NCBI RefSeq assembly: GCF_006345805.1
Contig: NW_021824646.1
Coordinates: forward strand, 1-37,148
DNA length: 37,148 nucleotides
DNA from: Octopus sinensis
Lineage: Eukaryota
Reading direction: 5' to 3'
The position numbers and the translations under genes are program-made. Below are positions 12,947-23,640 of the stretch, piece by piece (position 1 is the stretch's first letter; each line of letters starts with the position of its first letter). The notes below the pieces were generated by a model. That model worked only from the letters and a program-made list of their open reading frames with translations. It was not told the origin of the DNA and searched no databases.

Positions 12947-13282
12947 ATTGATTACTAATTGATAATGATTAGAATATTGTGTTGAAATGTATTTAAAAAA
13001 TACTGACAGGTAATTAGAAATATATTGAGTTGTGGGAGACAAAAAAAAACAAACAAACAAACTGGTTAACAAAAAAGACATTTAGAGGGAGTCAATTGGC
13101 CCTCAGTTTTGTTTATTGTTGGACAATAGAGGAACTGTCGAACTGAATGAGCAGGGTTTGAGAAAAACAAAATGTATTCTTGATAAAGAATTTTTGAAAG
13201 TATATGTCTAACTGGCAAAGACAACGGTTTCAATCAATGGAATTTCCTTTAATAAAATATGTCCAGATGGCAGCTATATATT

Positions 13283-13330
<48 letters not shown>

Positions 13331-13485
13331 ATAATATATATATTTGTATAATATATGTATGTATTTATGTTGTGTCGTGTGTGTGGTGATGATGCTGGTG
13401 TGCTGGGGGTAGAGGTGGCATTGAAAAAGCTTGAAACGAAATTCTTTGAAAGTGTGTCTATACATTTGGGAACTTATAGACAAAA

Positions 13486-13614
13486 CGGAAATAATGTTTC
13501 AGTGAACGGGAAATTATCTCGCCACGATCGGAAATAAGGTTTCAAAACCGGAAGTGATATATTTAGTTGCAGGAAATACTGTTTACAATAACCGGAAGTA
13601 AGGTAACAGGAATT
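13486..13614 (+). repeat. Degenerate ~21-22-bp periodic array of C(G/A)GGAA(A/G)T motifs
   Basis: GGAA cores start at 13487, 13509, 13530, 13550, 13572, 13594 and 13609, all in the same orientation. Includes ACCGGAAGTG and ACCGGAAGTA. Confidence 0.6.
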
Positions 13615-13759
13615 GGAATCATCCAATCTGTCCAATACATCGTTTCCTCTTTCATCTCGTCATATTCTTTGATGTCCTTATATTCTTAAGATAATGACAA
13701 CACCTTGTCAATAGACATTTTCCAAAGCCTTTCCACAAATATATTAAAACAAAACAAAA

Positions 13760-14147
13760 ATCGTTCATCTTTCTTTCTGCTTTTCTTTCATTCTTTGATT
13801 TTTTTCTTCATTCTTTTAATTCTTTGCTTTCTTTCCTCGCATTCCTTATAATCTTTCCGTAATTCTTCCTTTCTATTTTCATTCGAGGTTTTACTTCTTT
13901 TCTTTTCATTCTATCATATTGTTCTTTTCGTTCTATCACACTTTCTTTGTTTTTCTTTTTACTTTCTTTCTTTCATTCTTTATTTATTCGTTTCTTTTTC
14001 TTTCTTTCTTCTTTCATTCTTTCTTTTCTCTTTCTTTTTCTATTTCTTTCTTCCTTCTTTTCCTTCTTTCTCATTGATTCCTGTCTGTAATATCTTTTTC
14101 CTTCGTGTTTTCTTTATCTTTAGTATTTTTACCATTCTTTTTCATTC

Positions 14148-14180
<33 letters not shown>

Positions 14181-14360
14181 TTCCATTCTTTCTTTCCTCC
14201 TTCTTTCCTTCCTCTCCATATTTCTAATTATCTTCCTTTCTCTATCAATCCCTTTCTCTCATTTTCTTCTTTACATTTAGTACTTTTTACTATTTTTCTT
14301 TCCTTCTTCTTTTCTTTCTTTCTTTCCTTCTTTCTTTCATCACTTCTTTATTATATTATT
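13760..14360. repeat. ~600-bp polypyrimidine (CTTT/CTT)n low-complexity tract
   Basis: Directly visible. Confidence 0.9.
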
Positions 14361-15189
14361 TTGTTGTGTGTATATTCTTGACATGCTTTTGAATTAAGGG
14401 TGTTGTTGTTATTGTAGTTGTTGTTGTTGGTTGTGGAGGTGGTGTTAGTTGATTGTCAGTTGGTTGTGATATGGTTTAAGTTGTTATATACAGACACGTG
14501 ATAAACGGAACCAACTGCATATTCAGGCCGGAAGTAGTTTTGAAGCGGGAGAAGTTGGTAATAGCTGCAAGAGAAATAGGTATCGTTTATTTTTGGTGGT
14601 CGATGTGAGATAGATAGATAGATATATAGGTATGAATGCATGTATATAGTGAGAAAACTTAAGATATGGAAGCTTAACTTGTTAGTATTCAATGAAAGGA
14701 GAGAGAATAGACTGCGCATGTGCAAAAAATGTGTCTAGATAAATAATTTCCGTTGTTTACTGGGCCACAAATGAGGATTTTGTCTTTATGACACTTAATA
14801 CGTAATGGTTAAATAAAAATTGACAGAGTTCCCCCAGTCCAGCGTTAGTTTGCTGAATTCGGCGATAAAATTGTATTTGCAAGCTTTGAGTTCGTAAGGT
14901 ATATGTCTCAATCCAGCTTTGAGCTTCTGCCACGGAAATTTGTTGACAAAGAGCGTTAACACAACTTTATAACTACACACACACACACACACACACAGTT
15001 ATGTACGTATATACTCGTATCTTTCAGAAAAACAGAGAAAGGTAAAACTGGGAGCAATAAAATGAGGAACGACTCTAGTATTACTCGCACTCACATGGGT
15101 TTAGATTATATTTAATCGATCTTAGTTGCATGAAACGTTAAGTTGATTCTGAGAGGAGATTGAAGTCAAAACAGACACAACACAGGGCA

Positions 15190-15213
15190 CTACTACTACT
15201 ACTACTAAAATAA

Positions 15214-15269
<56 letters not shown>

Positions 15270-15640
15270 CACCACCATCACCACCACTACTGCTACTACT
15301 TCTCCTGTTACTGCTGCTGCTCATGATGATGATAATGAGAAGGAGTAGTAAGAGGTGGAGGAGCAGGAGGGAGGGGAGGAGAAGAAGGAAGAGAAGAGGG
15401 GAGGAGCAGGGAGTGGAGGCAGAAGAGAATGGTGGTGGTGGTGGTGGTGATAGTCGTCGTCGTCGTGATGTTGACGGCGTTGATGGTCACGATGATGACA
15501 ATCCTGATGTTGAGAAAGTATTTGAGCTTGAACCACCAACTGTTCTAACAATGAGAGAGAAAAGGAGAGAGAGGGGGAGAAAGAGTGAGAGAAGGAGAGA
15601 GAGAGAGAGTGAGAGAGAGAGAAAGAGAAAGCGAGAGTGA
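15190..15640. repeat. Compound (ACT)n/(ACC)n/(GGA)n/(GA)n low-complexity block
   Basis: Directly visible. Confidence 0.9.
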
Positions 15641-15964
15641 GAGAGATGGCGGTTGTTAAACAGATAAAGTTGTGTGTTACAACGTAGACAAATACAGGTA
15701 TTGCAAATACCATACAATATAGTTCTTGAGTCATTAAAATTACTTCCGCCTCAAGAGGATATATCTTAATTCCCAAATGGTATTTCAAGATTGGCTCCAC
15801 TTGAGAAGAGATATAAGAATCACGAAGCCGTATCAAATTTTCCAAAGATCATTCAGGAGTTGTTACACACGGAAATGGCGCAATGGTTAGACAATTACTG
15901 CGTGCAGCCACTACACAGCCATTACACACTTCACAAAGAAGAAAGGTGTGTAGATTCGATACAG

Positions 15965-16120
15965 ACATAAGCATCGACACCAATACACAATTGGAAATTA
16001 TTTTACTGATTCTTGAGAGATGAAAGGCAAAGTTGACGTCGGTGGTATATGAACTTAGAACGTCAAGTTACGGCAGAAGAGCTTCAAAATGCAACAAGAC
16101 ATCTAATGGTTCTGTCAGTT
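15965..16120 (-). mobile_element. Old degenerate family-A SINE copy
   Basis: GATGAAAGGCAAAGTTGACGTCGGTGGTATATGAACTTAGAACGT matches the family core and B box region. Confidence 0.6.
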
Positions 16121-16482
16121 CTAAATTTTATACGAAACCATTACGATTTTACCGGTATTTTGCTTGTTAAATTTCTATATATACATATCTATATATACCT
16201 TAGTTCACTGTAATAGTTTAACGTTTGAAACCAAGCTTATTTTTACTTTCATTTTTCTTCCAGAACCCTAGCACCAAGCCCTTACAAGATATGTCCGAAG
16301 CTCTAACGATTCCTTCATTTCTAAAATTCATACAAAACCGTTACGGTTCTATTGGCATTTTTTCACGATAAATTTCTATGTACACATCGCATTAGTTCAC
16401 TTCAAAATCGCGTGTTTCACATTTCAAAACTAGCTTATTTTTACTTTAATTTTCTTTTTTCCGATTCCTAGCACCAAACCCT
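16119..16482. repeat. Old ~200-bp-period direct duplication (16119-16282 and 16319-16482)
   Basis: Shared blocks in the same order: TTCTAAA-T-ATAC-AAACC-TTACG, AAATTTCTAT, TTAGTTCACT, AGCTTATTTTTACTTT and CCTAGCACCAA-CCCT. Confidence 0.7.
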
Positions 16483-16604
16483 GGCACTCATAACATTGGT
16501 CACCTGGTTTCTTTGGTGTATAGAAACCGAGATCACAAAATTCCTCCTGAACTGGACGCCGAATCCGTTGCTGGGTTCATGGCAAGTAATTTTTGAAAGT
16601 AAAG

Positions 16605-17263
16605 GAGAAGTCGATTACATCGACCCCACAACTTGATAGGAATTTTATTTCACCAACCAGAAGAGAATCGTAGAGTATAACTCTGCGGGATTTGAACTCA
16701 GAACGGACGAGATATCTTCAAACAGTATCCGACTTTATTCTTTCTCGCCAAATCTAATGCCACGTGGGCAATATCCTATGGATGAGAATGGTACCACCCT
16801 TCCTGTGCCAGCGTGCTGGAAGGCCACGTCAGTTCTCGGCTGTTACGCCTAAAGTTCGATCATCTTGTGCATGATGGTCATATCTTTGATTTCATGCAAG
16901 ATGACCGAAAGCATCGGGCAACGGCCATAAAACCCATGTCTCATCACTACTGATGGTGGTCTTCATGAGGTCTGAGTGGTCCTCTACGCAGTCAAGCATG
17001 CCCTGAGCGATTTCTACTCGGAGTTGCTTCTGCTGCTCCGCCAACCGGAAACTGACGCGGCCTAACAGTGCAAAAATTTTCAGGGATGCTCAGAAAGGAT
17101 GGTGTCACTCACCACCCAAAGGATATTGCCCATGTGGCATTAGTTTGGGCGGAAGAAAACAAAACAAAATAAGATACTTTCTGAACGGACCTCGTAAAGA
17201 GCTGGAAGAAATGCCGCTAATCGTTTTGTCCGACTTTTTAATGAGCCTGTCAGTTCTTCGCTT
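16605..17263 (-). mobile_element. Family-A SINE split into 16605-16707 and 17195-17263 by a mariner insertion
   Basis: The left part ends ...GATTTGAACTCAGAACG-GA and the right part resumes TAAAGA-...GAAATGCCGCTAA...TTTGTCCGA. Joined, they match intact copies (GAACTCAGAACGTA.../...GAAATACCGCTAGGCATTTCGCCCGG). Confidence 0.7.
16708..17194 (-). mobile_element. Non-autonomous mariner deletion derivative with ~100-bp imperfect TIRs
   Basis: Left end CGAGATATCTTCAAACAGTATCC...CTAATGCCACGTGGGCAATATCCTATGG versus right-end reverse complement CGAGGTCCGTTCAGAAAGTATC...CTAATGCCACATGGGCAATATCCTTTGG. TA follows the right end; GA precedes the left end. Interior minus frame (16930-17044) reads LAEQQKQLRVEIAQGMLDCVEDHSDLMKTTISSDETWVLW, matching the mariner (T/S)GDETW motif. 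Confidence 0.85.
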
Positions 17264-17604
17264 AGCTTGGCTAGCTATAAATAAAAGCTGTCTTTCAATT
17301 TCATTTTTAAAGGTATGTATTCTTAGCCCAGTGTTATTATTGGTCTAGGCTTCCGATATTCAATCGTTGTCGTCGCCGATCATATGACACCTACTTCGAT
17401 ATAAATAGTACCTATTAGATAACGAATAAGATAGTGAATCAGAACATCGAAATTTCATTTTAAATCAATCACGATGAAATACTAAGAACACAAAGCAAAA
17501 AAAAAAACAAAAAATAAAGCACACACAAAACTCAAAAATATGGGAAATGGTTAAAGAGTATTTTTCCTATAACCTCTTACATCAAAGAAACATATACAGG
17601 CAAC

Positions 17605-17670
17605 ACATGCATATATATATATATTATATATATATATATATATATAGATATATATATAGATATATATATG

Positions 17671-17728
<58 letters not shown>

Positions 17729-17870
17729 GAGAGAGAGAGAGAGAGAGGAATCGAGAGAGACAGAAAAACATATATATGCGTATGTATATGTATGCGCTTA
17801 TATAGATACATACGTATATATATATTTCTGTAAATTTCAACTATATATATAATGTGTGTCTATATATAAT
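17605..17870. repeat. (TA)n/(GA)n compound microsatellite
   Basis: Directly visible. Confidence 0.95.
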
Positions 17871-17880
17871 ATATAAGTGT

Positions 17881-18232
17881 GGGGGAGGAAGCCAGTCGAT
17901 TAAATCGACCCCAGTACGCAACTGGTACATAATTTATCGACCCCGAAAGAATGAAAGTTAAGGTCAACCTCGGCAGAATTTGAACTCAGAACATAAAGAC
18001 TGACGAAATACCTATTTGCTTACTACCCACAAGGGGCTAAATACAGAGAGGACAAACAAGGACAGACAAAGGGATTAAGTCGATTACATCGATCCCAGTG
18101 CGTAACTGGTATTTATTTAATCAACACCTAAAAGATGAAAGGCAAAGTCGACCTCGGCGGAATTTGAACTCAGAACGTAGCAGCAAACGAAATACCGCTA
18201 GGCATTTCGCCCGGCGTGTTAACGTGTCTGCC
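17881..18232 (-). mobile_element. Dimeric family-A SINE (two tandem B-box/core units joined by a linker)
   Basis: Minus strand: head, GAGTTCAAATTCC (B box), GTCGACTTTGCCTTTCATC core, linker TGTCTGTCCTTGTTTGTCCTCTCTGTATTTAGCCCCTTGTGGGTAGTAA, then a second B box and core. Same architecture as 26267-26630. Confidence 0.85.
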
Positions 18233-18269
18233 TTAGGAATATCCTATTATCGAAACATCTTTTTATATT

Positions 18270-18315
18270 TATTGCTTTTACTCATCTAATTGCTGCCATG
18301 CTGGAGCACCGTCTT
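18270..18315 (-). mobile_element. Degenerate SINE 3' tail fragment
   Basis: GCTGCCATGCTGGAGCACCGTCTT is the reverse complement of the AAGGCGGTGCTCCAGCATGGC tail. Confidence 0.55.
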
Positions 18316-18469
18316 GCACTGTTTTATTCAAGTATTTCGATGTTCTTTGTATGTAGTCTGGTGCAAATTTATATCGATATTTACAGATCGAATATACGTG
18401 ATTACTATGAGCTACAAATACTTTTACAACAGTGTATACAAAAACAAATACAGATATATACACATACTT

Positions 18470-18529
18470 ACACAGACACACATACATATAAAGCCATCAT
18501 GTCACACACACAAACACACACACAAACAC

Positions 18530-18579
<50 letters not shown>

Positions 18580-18691
18580 ACGTACAAACATATCCACATA
18601 GATATTACACATAGGGTATATCTAAATGCCTATGCAGATGTATGTGTTCCTATAAATGCGTGTGTGTATGAATATACGTATATGTACGTGT

Positions 18692-18766
<75 letters not shown>

Positions 18767-18771
18767 TATAT

Positions 18772-18822
<51 letters not shown>

Positions 18823-18990
18823 ATATATATATATATATAAATATATATGATATTGTATGTGTGTATATAATATTTATACATGCATACATACACACAAACA
18901 CATGTATATATGCATATATGTATACATATGCATATATACATATTCATATATACCAAATTAAATAAATAAATAAATGTGTGTGTGTGTACG
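18470..18990. repeat. (CA)n/(TA)n compound microsatellite
   Basis: Directly visible. Confidence 0.95.
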
Positions 18991-18994
18991 TGTA

Positions 18995-19160
18995 CAGCTG
19001 GCTTCGAGAATGTTTCCTTCAACCTAATTCCACTAACAAGACATTGGTCAACCCAAGGCTATGGTGGAAGACACTTGCTCAAGAAGCCGTGTATCTACGA
19101 TTGAGGCACGAAACCAAGAGCTGCGAACTGCGAATCGAACTTCCCCAACGCACAACCCAC
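18995..19160 (-). mobile_element. Degenerate 5' half of the CORE-type SINE seen at 28067-28487
   Basis: CCACTAACAAGACATTGGTCAACCCAAGGCTATGGTGGAAGACACTTGCTCAAG is approximately the reverse complement of CTTGGGCAAGTGTCTTCTTCTATAGCCTCGAGCTGACCAAAGCCTTGTGAGTGG. Confidence 0.7.
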
Positions 19161-19256
19161 GAAGGAGACCCAAAGATTATAATCAGTATTCATGCAACCA
19201 ACCTCTGAAATTTTTTCCCTAAATGCCGCCACGTCATACTATCGAATATAATTCAC

Positions 19257-19304
19257 CACTGAATATCCACTGCCGCCATCTTGTATATGCCATCCTTCTT
19301 GCCT
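19257..19304 (-). other. Candidate 48-nt exon (unconfirmed)
   Basis: Minus strand has a long T-rich tract plus CACTAG acceptor, 48 nt open in all three frames, and a GTGAAT donor. Contains CAAGATGGCGGC. No protein recognised. Confidence 0.2.
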
Positions 19305-20115
19305 CTAGTGATATAAAAAAAATGATAAAAAAAAAAGAGAGAAAAAAATGATTGTTTCACCAGGTTTTATCACGTCTGGATGGAATATTCAACTAAATCA
19401 CCCAACGTCATGTAAAAGAAACGTGGGTTGTTAAATTAGAAAGTACCCCCACAACTTCACTCATCGTTCACAATGTGATTTAATCTAGGAAATATGAAAT
19501 CAAACACCACAAATTTAAATAACAATAGCCGTCTATGTGTCATTTAAAGTGCATACAACGTTGGTAGGCTAGTTACTGTGGTATCTGTCCTGAGATAACA
19601 TCTCCTATAAACGGATGGATACAGCAGTAACTTGCCTAACAACAGGTGTATATGCATTAAGCATGATACATAGGTAGCAATTTTAATTTAATTCTGCTTC
19701 AGTTGCTTTTAACGAGATTTTAAATGACAATCAACTGAGAAAAAGCAAAATTGCATCACTTTTAGCCTACATTAGACATAGAAATAATAGCCATAATAGT
19801 GGAAACAATAATAATAATAATAATGATAATAATAAAAAGAATAATAATAATAATAATAATAATAATGATGATGATGATGATGATGATGATAATAATAATG
19901 ATAATAGTCCATGTCCACTATTTCTGTCCAAGTTGGATTTCTTCGCAATGATTATTGTACACACACACACACACATACATGTAAGCATACACACACATAC
20001 ACGCAAGCACGCACACACATACACGCGCACACGCGCACACGCGCGCGCATACACAGACGCACAGATACACATATGCACTCACACACACATATGTATACAT
20101 ACATATATACATAAA

Positions 20116-20560
20116 TCTCTTATTATAAAAGGCAGATTTTATCTGCCTCCCTTTGGGAGTTATGCAAATCTACAATATAGGATTTCTTCAATTACAATTT
20201 ACCTAGCAGTTTTAAGAGTACAATGCATCGCGTCATGCCAGGTCCAGTTTTTAAAATTTAAACTCCAATTAAGCAAAATTTACAGAAAACTCACATTCTG
20301 GTGTGTGTGTCAAATGCTTTTCTTAGTCTGGTTTACACCACACGCAAACGCACACACACAGTGGGCAACGAATAAAATGAAAGTAAATGTAATATTTGTT
20401 TCTGTCTATCACGCTGATAGATACATGAGTTAAAATGTATGGGAAGCTAACAGATAACAGTGAGTGAAAATGTTCTTGGAAGAGAGTAAATTAGCGACAG
20501 TGATTTGAGGAAGACTAAACTGAAACTATGAAACAGTGTTTATGTATAAACAGACGACAC
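20116..20560 (+). mobile_element. Probable Helitron-like 5' segment (A|TCTCTTATTATAAAA start)
   Basis: The TC start after A and the TATTATAAAA lead resemble the 5' ends at 20894 and 32896. No CTAG/hairpin end of its own is seen. Confidence 0.4.
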
Positions 20561-20565
20561 TTATA

Positions 20566-20870
20566 TAAACCCTTTCGTTACCAAACCGCCCGAATTTACC
20601 TATTCATATTTAAATGAGAATATCAGAGTAAATCTCTTTAGTACATTCGTGAAAACACGTATTATACTTCGTAAACACTTCAAATACAGTTTTGTACAAA
20701 AATCGAAGTGTAATTTTAATCCGTGAATTATGGGAAATTTTTTTCCGAAATTTGTTCCTATTGTGTTTTCAAAATTTGTAATTCTGACAAAAAATGGATA
20801 CGAATTTCATTATATCAAGCAGCGAGTCAGAATTCGAAGGATTTTCTACTGAAGACCTTCATAAATCTAA
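20566..20870 (+). mobile_element. Possible solo end of a TTAA-type (piggyBac-like) DNA transposon
   Basis: Begins TAAACCCTTTCGTTACC, a (T)TAA-CCC terminus pattern. No matching right TIR was found in the window. Confidence 0.3.
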
Positions 20871-20893
20871 CTCTATGACTGAAAAAAAAAGCA

Positions 20894-21285
20894 TCTTTAT
20901 ATAAGAGTGAAGTTGTGTGTCTGTCCCCTTCGATTTACATTCGTAATTACTCCCACATTTTGCGGTGCAGTTTAACCAAAAGCGGGTATCTTATAGTCGT
21001 GATTCATATCGAGCCCTTCTGGTATTAGCGCGCGTCTACGATGAGTCTACGATTTTAAAAAAATTTACCATCATATTTTTCCATTTTAATGCATTTTTTT
21101 CGCTTTTATATAAGGGAAGTAACTCTCTAAAAATATCTACGATGTGTCAACGATTTAAAAAAATTTACCTTAATTGTTTTTCAATTTTTAATGCATTTTT
21201 TTGCTATTTTTTGGCTATAACTCTCTAAAAATGCTTATATAGTTATTTCCCTTACAACCCGAGCAACGCCGGGCGATACTGCTAG
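20894..21285 (+). mobile_element. Non-autonomous Helitron-like element (392 bp)
   Basis: 5' A|TC. 3' hairpin CCCG-A-GC-AAC-GC-CGGG (21258-21273), 8 nt, then CTAG|T. Contains an internal ~100-bp tandem repeat (about 21035-21133 and 21135-21232). Confidence 0.8.
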
Positions 21286-21310
21286 TACATATATAAATGT
21301 GTGTGCACAC

Positions 21311-21362
21311 AAGGCGGTGCTCCGGCATGGCCGCAGTCAAATGACTGAAATAAGTAAAAGAG
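21311..21362 (+). mobile_element. Isolated SINE 3' tail fragment
   Basis: AAGGCGGTGCTCCGGCATGGCCGCAGTCAAATGACTGAAATAAGTAAAAGAG matches the end of 28067-28487. Confidence 0.8.
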
Positions 21363-21778
21363 CAAGTGATCATATACACTTTCCTACATAACTATATACA
21401 GACACATACATGCACATAGACATATAAATACACATATTCAAATAAAAAGACATTTACATACTTGCTTACATACATATAAACATGAATATAAAAATAGTTA
21501 TATACATGAATAAATACACGCATAGATATATGCATGCAGACATATGCACAAATGTATGAGAGAAGTCGACTCCTTTACAAGTATAACCGTTAGCTGTTAA
21601 TGACCCGCGAACCGAAAATGTCTTTTTAATTCGGCTGATGATTTTCAGCTTTCACCACATCTAATATATATTATCTCTTCTCAGTCAAATGCAATGCAGA
21701 ATCCTAGCAATTGATACCATTTAGAGACGTGTGTTTCTTCAGATAACTAACGTATAGACATTATCACGTGACAGGCAA

Positions 21779-21966
21779 GGCGGTGAGTTGGCAGAATCGT
21801 TAGCATGTCGAGCGAAATGCTCAGTGGTATTTCGTTCGTCTTTACGTTCTGGATTCAAATTCCGCCCAGGTCAGTTTTTGCCTTTCATTTTTTCGGGGTC
21901 GATAAAATAAGTAATCGGCTTAACCCCTCCCAAAACTCGCTGGCATTGTGCCAAAATTTGAAACCA
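21779..21966 (+). mobile_element. Family-A SINE with full tRNA-like head and internal deletion
   Basis: GGCGGTGAGTTGGCAGAATCGTTAGC head, GGATTCAAATTCC B-box-like motif, TTTGCCTTTCAT-TTTTCGGGGTCGATAAAATAAGTA core, tail TTGTGCCAAAATTTGAAACCA. Confidence 0.8.
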
Positions 21967-22237
21967 TTTTTAGATGACAGTAAGACTTATCTTTCTTCAG
22001 TTGGAGACGATCTACTGTTAACATCACTTAAACAGTTATTATTTGTTGTCAAAAATTTCGCCGCACCATTTGCATTCTGGTCATCGACACAGTTGTAGAG
22101 GACCCGTGTCAGTGACCAGGTCGCAGTTATGGAGACGAAAATTTTGAAAGTAAATAATAACTGTTTAAGTGATGCTAGCAGTTTTTGAATTATTTTTGAA
22201 TGGCTGATGTATGTCTTCTACACTGTAACTGTTTTAG

Positions 22238-22411
22238 TCTCAACGCTCGGTGGCAGATCTAATCTCTTGCCTGGTGAGTACATCGCCTGAAATATTCTCG
22301 GTAGCTTTCAAAGAACGTATTTGGATGTTTGATAAGTGTTTTCTTCTCCTTAGATTTAATGGAAGCACAGGAAATTGAACGAGGACCAGACACATTCCTA
22401 CACATACATAT
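22238..22411 (+). other. Candidate two-exon pair (22238-22273 and 22354-22411) with an 80-nt intron (unconfirmed)
   Basis: GTTTTAG|36 nt|GTGAGTA and TTTCTTCTCCTTAG|58 nt|GTATGT. Spliced open frame STLGGRSNLLPDLMEAQEIERGPDTFLHIH. No homology recognised. Confidence 0.25.
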
Positions 22412-22494
22412 GTATGTATATCCAAGCATTCATAGTTATGCGTATACACACACTCATAAATTCAAACTGAGCGAAGACCACACGCATGTTTAAT

Positions 22495-23072
22495 TGAATA
22501 CATACGTACGTACACGCGTACATACATACATACATACATACATACATGCATATATACATACATGCATACATACATACATACATACATGCATATATGCATA
22601 CATACATACATACGTACATACATACATACATTCATACATACATACATACATACATACATACATACATACGTACATACATACATACATACATACATATATA
22701 CATACATGCATATATACATACATGCATACATACATACATACATACATATATACATACATATATACATACATACATGCATATATGCATACATACATACATA
22801 CGTACATACATACATACATTCATACATAACATACATACATACATACGTACATACATACATAACATACATACATACATACGTACATACATACATACATACA
22901 TACATATATACATACATGCATATATACATACATGCATACATACATACATACATACATATATACATACATATATACATACATACATGCATATATGCATACA
23001 TACATACATACGTACATACATACATACATTCATACATACATACATACATACATACGTACATACATACATACA

Positions 23073-23106
<34 letters not shown>

Positions 23107-23215
23107 CATACATGCATATATACATACATGCATATATACATACATACATACATACATACATACATACACACATATATGCATACATATATGCATACATACA
23201 TACATACATATGTAC
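22495..23215. repeat. ~720-bp (TACA)n array with ~190-210-bp higher-order repeat
   Basis: Variant markers recur: GCATATATGCAT near 22588, 22776 and 22986; CATTCATAC near 22629, 22817 and 23027. Confidence 0.9.
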
Positions 23216-23332
23216 GGAATTACATTCGTGTATACTATATAAATACATGCATGTATGTGTTTATGTAGTTTGCACGAATATATTTATTCATGCATGTATG
23301 TATACGTGCGCGCGCACACACACACACACACA

Positions 23333-23381
<49 letters not shown>

Positions 23382-23640
23382 ACTTCATTCATCGCAGCCT
23401 CATCAGGCATAAACGACCGATAAATTTTGGGATATCATCTTATCAGATATTATAATGATATGGCTTAGATGTCTTTGGAAGTCTTTCAAATCCATTATAT
23501 CTCCTGTTGATATTTATCCTCTGCTAATTAGCAGAAGACAACCGTCTAGATGTTCTAATTTCCTAAAATTATATCTAGCAACATCTTCAGTTTAAAGCCT
23601 ACATTGAACGTGATTTAGCATCGTTTACCAGATAAAAGAC

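Noticed and set aside
14795-14992. Minus-strand 65-aa ORF with non-repetitive sequence (KFPWQKLKAGLRHIPYELK...)
   Set aside because: It starts in a (TG)n run, has no convincing splice-site pair and no recognisable homology; an ORF this long is expected by chance.
15060-15172. Very degenerate family-A SINE (minus strand)
   Set aside because: Motif order is suggestive but identity is too low to call by eye.
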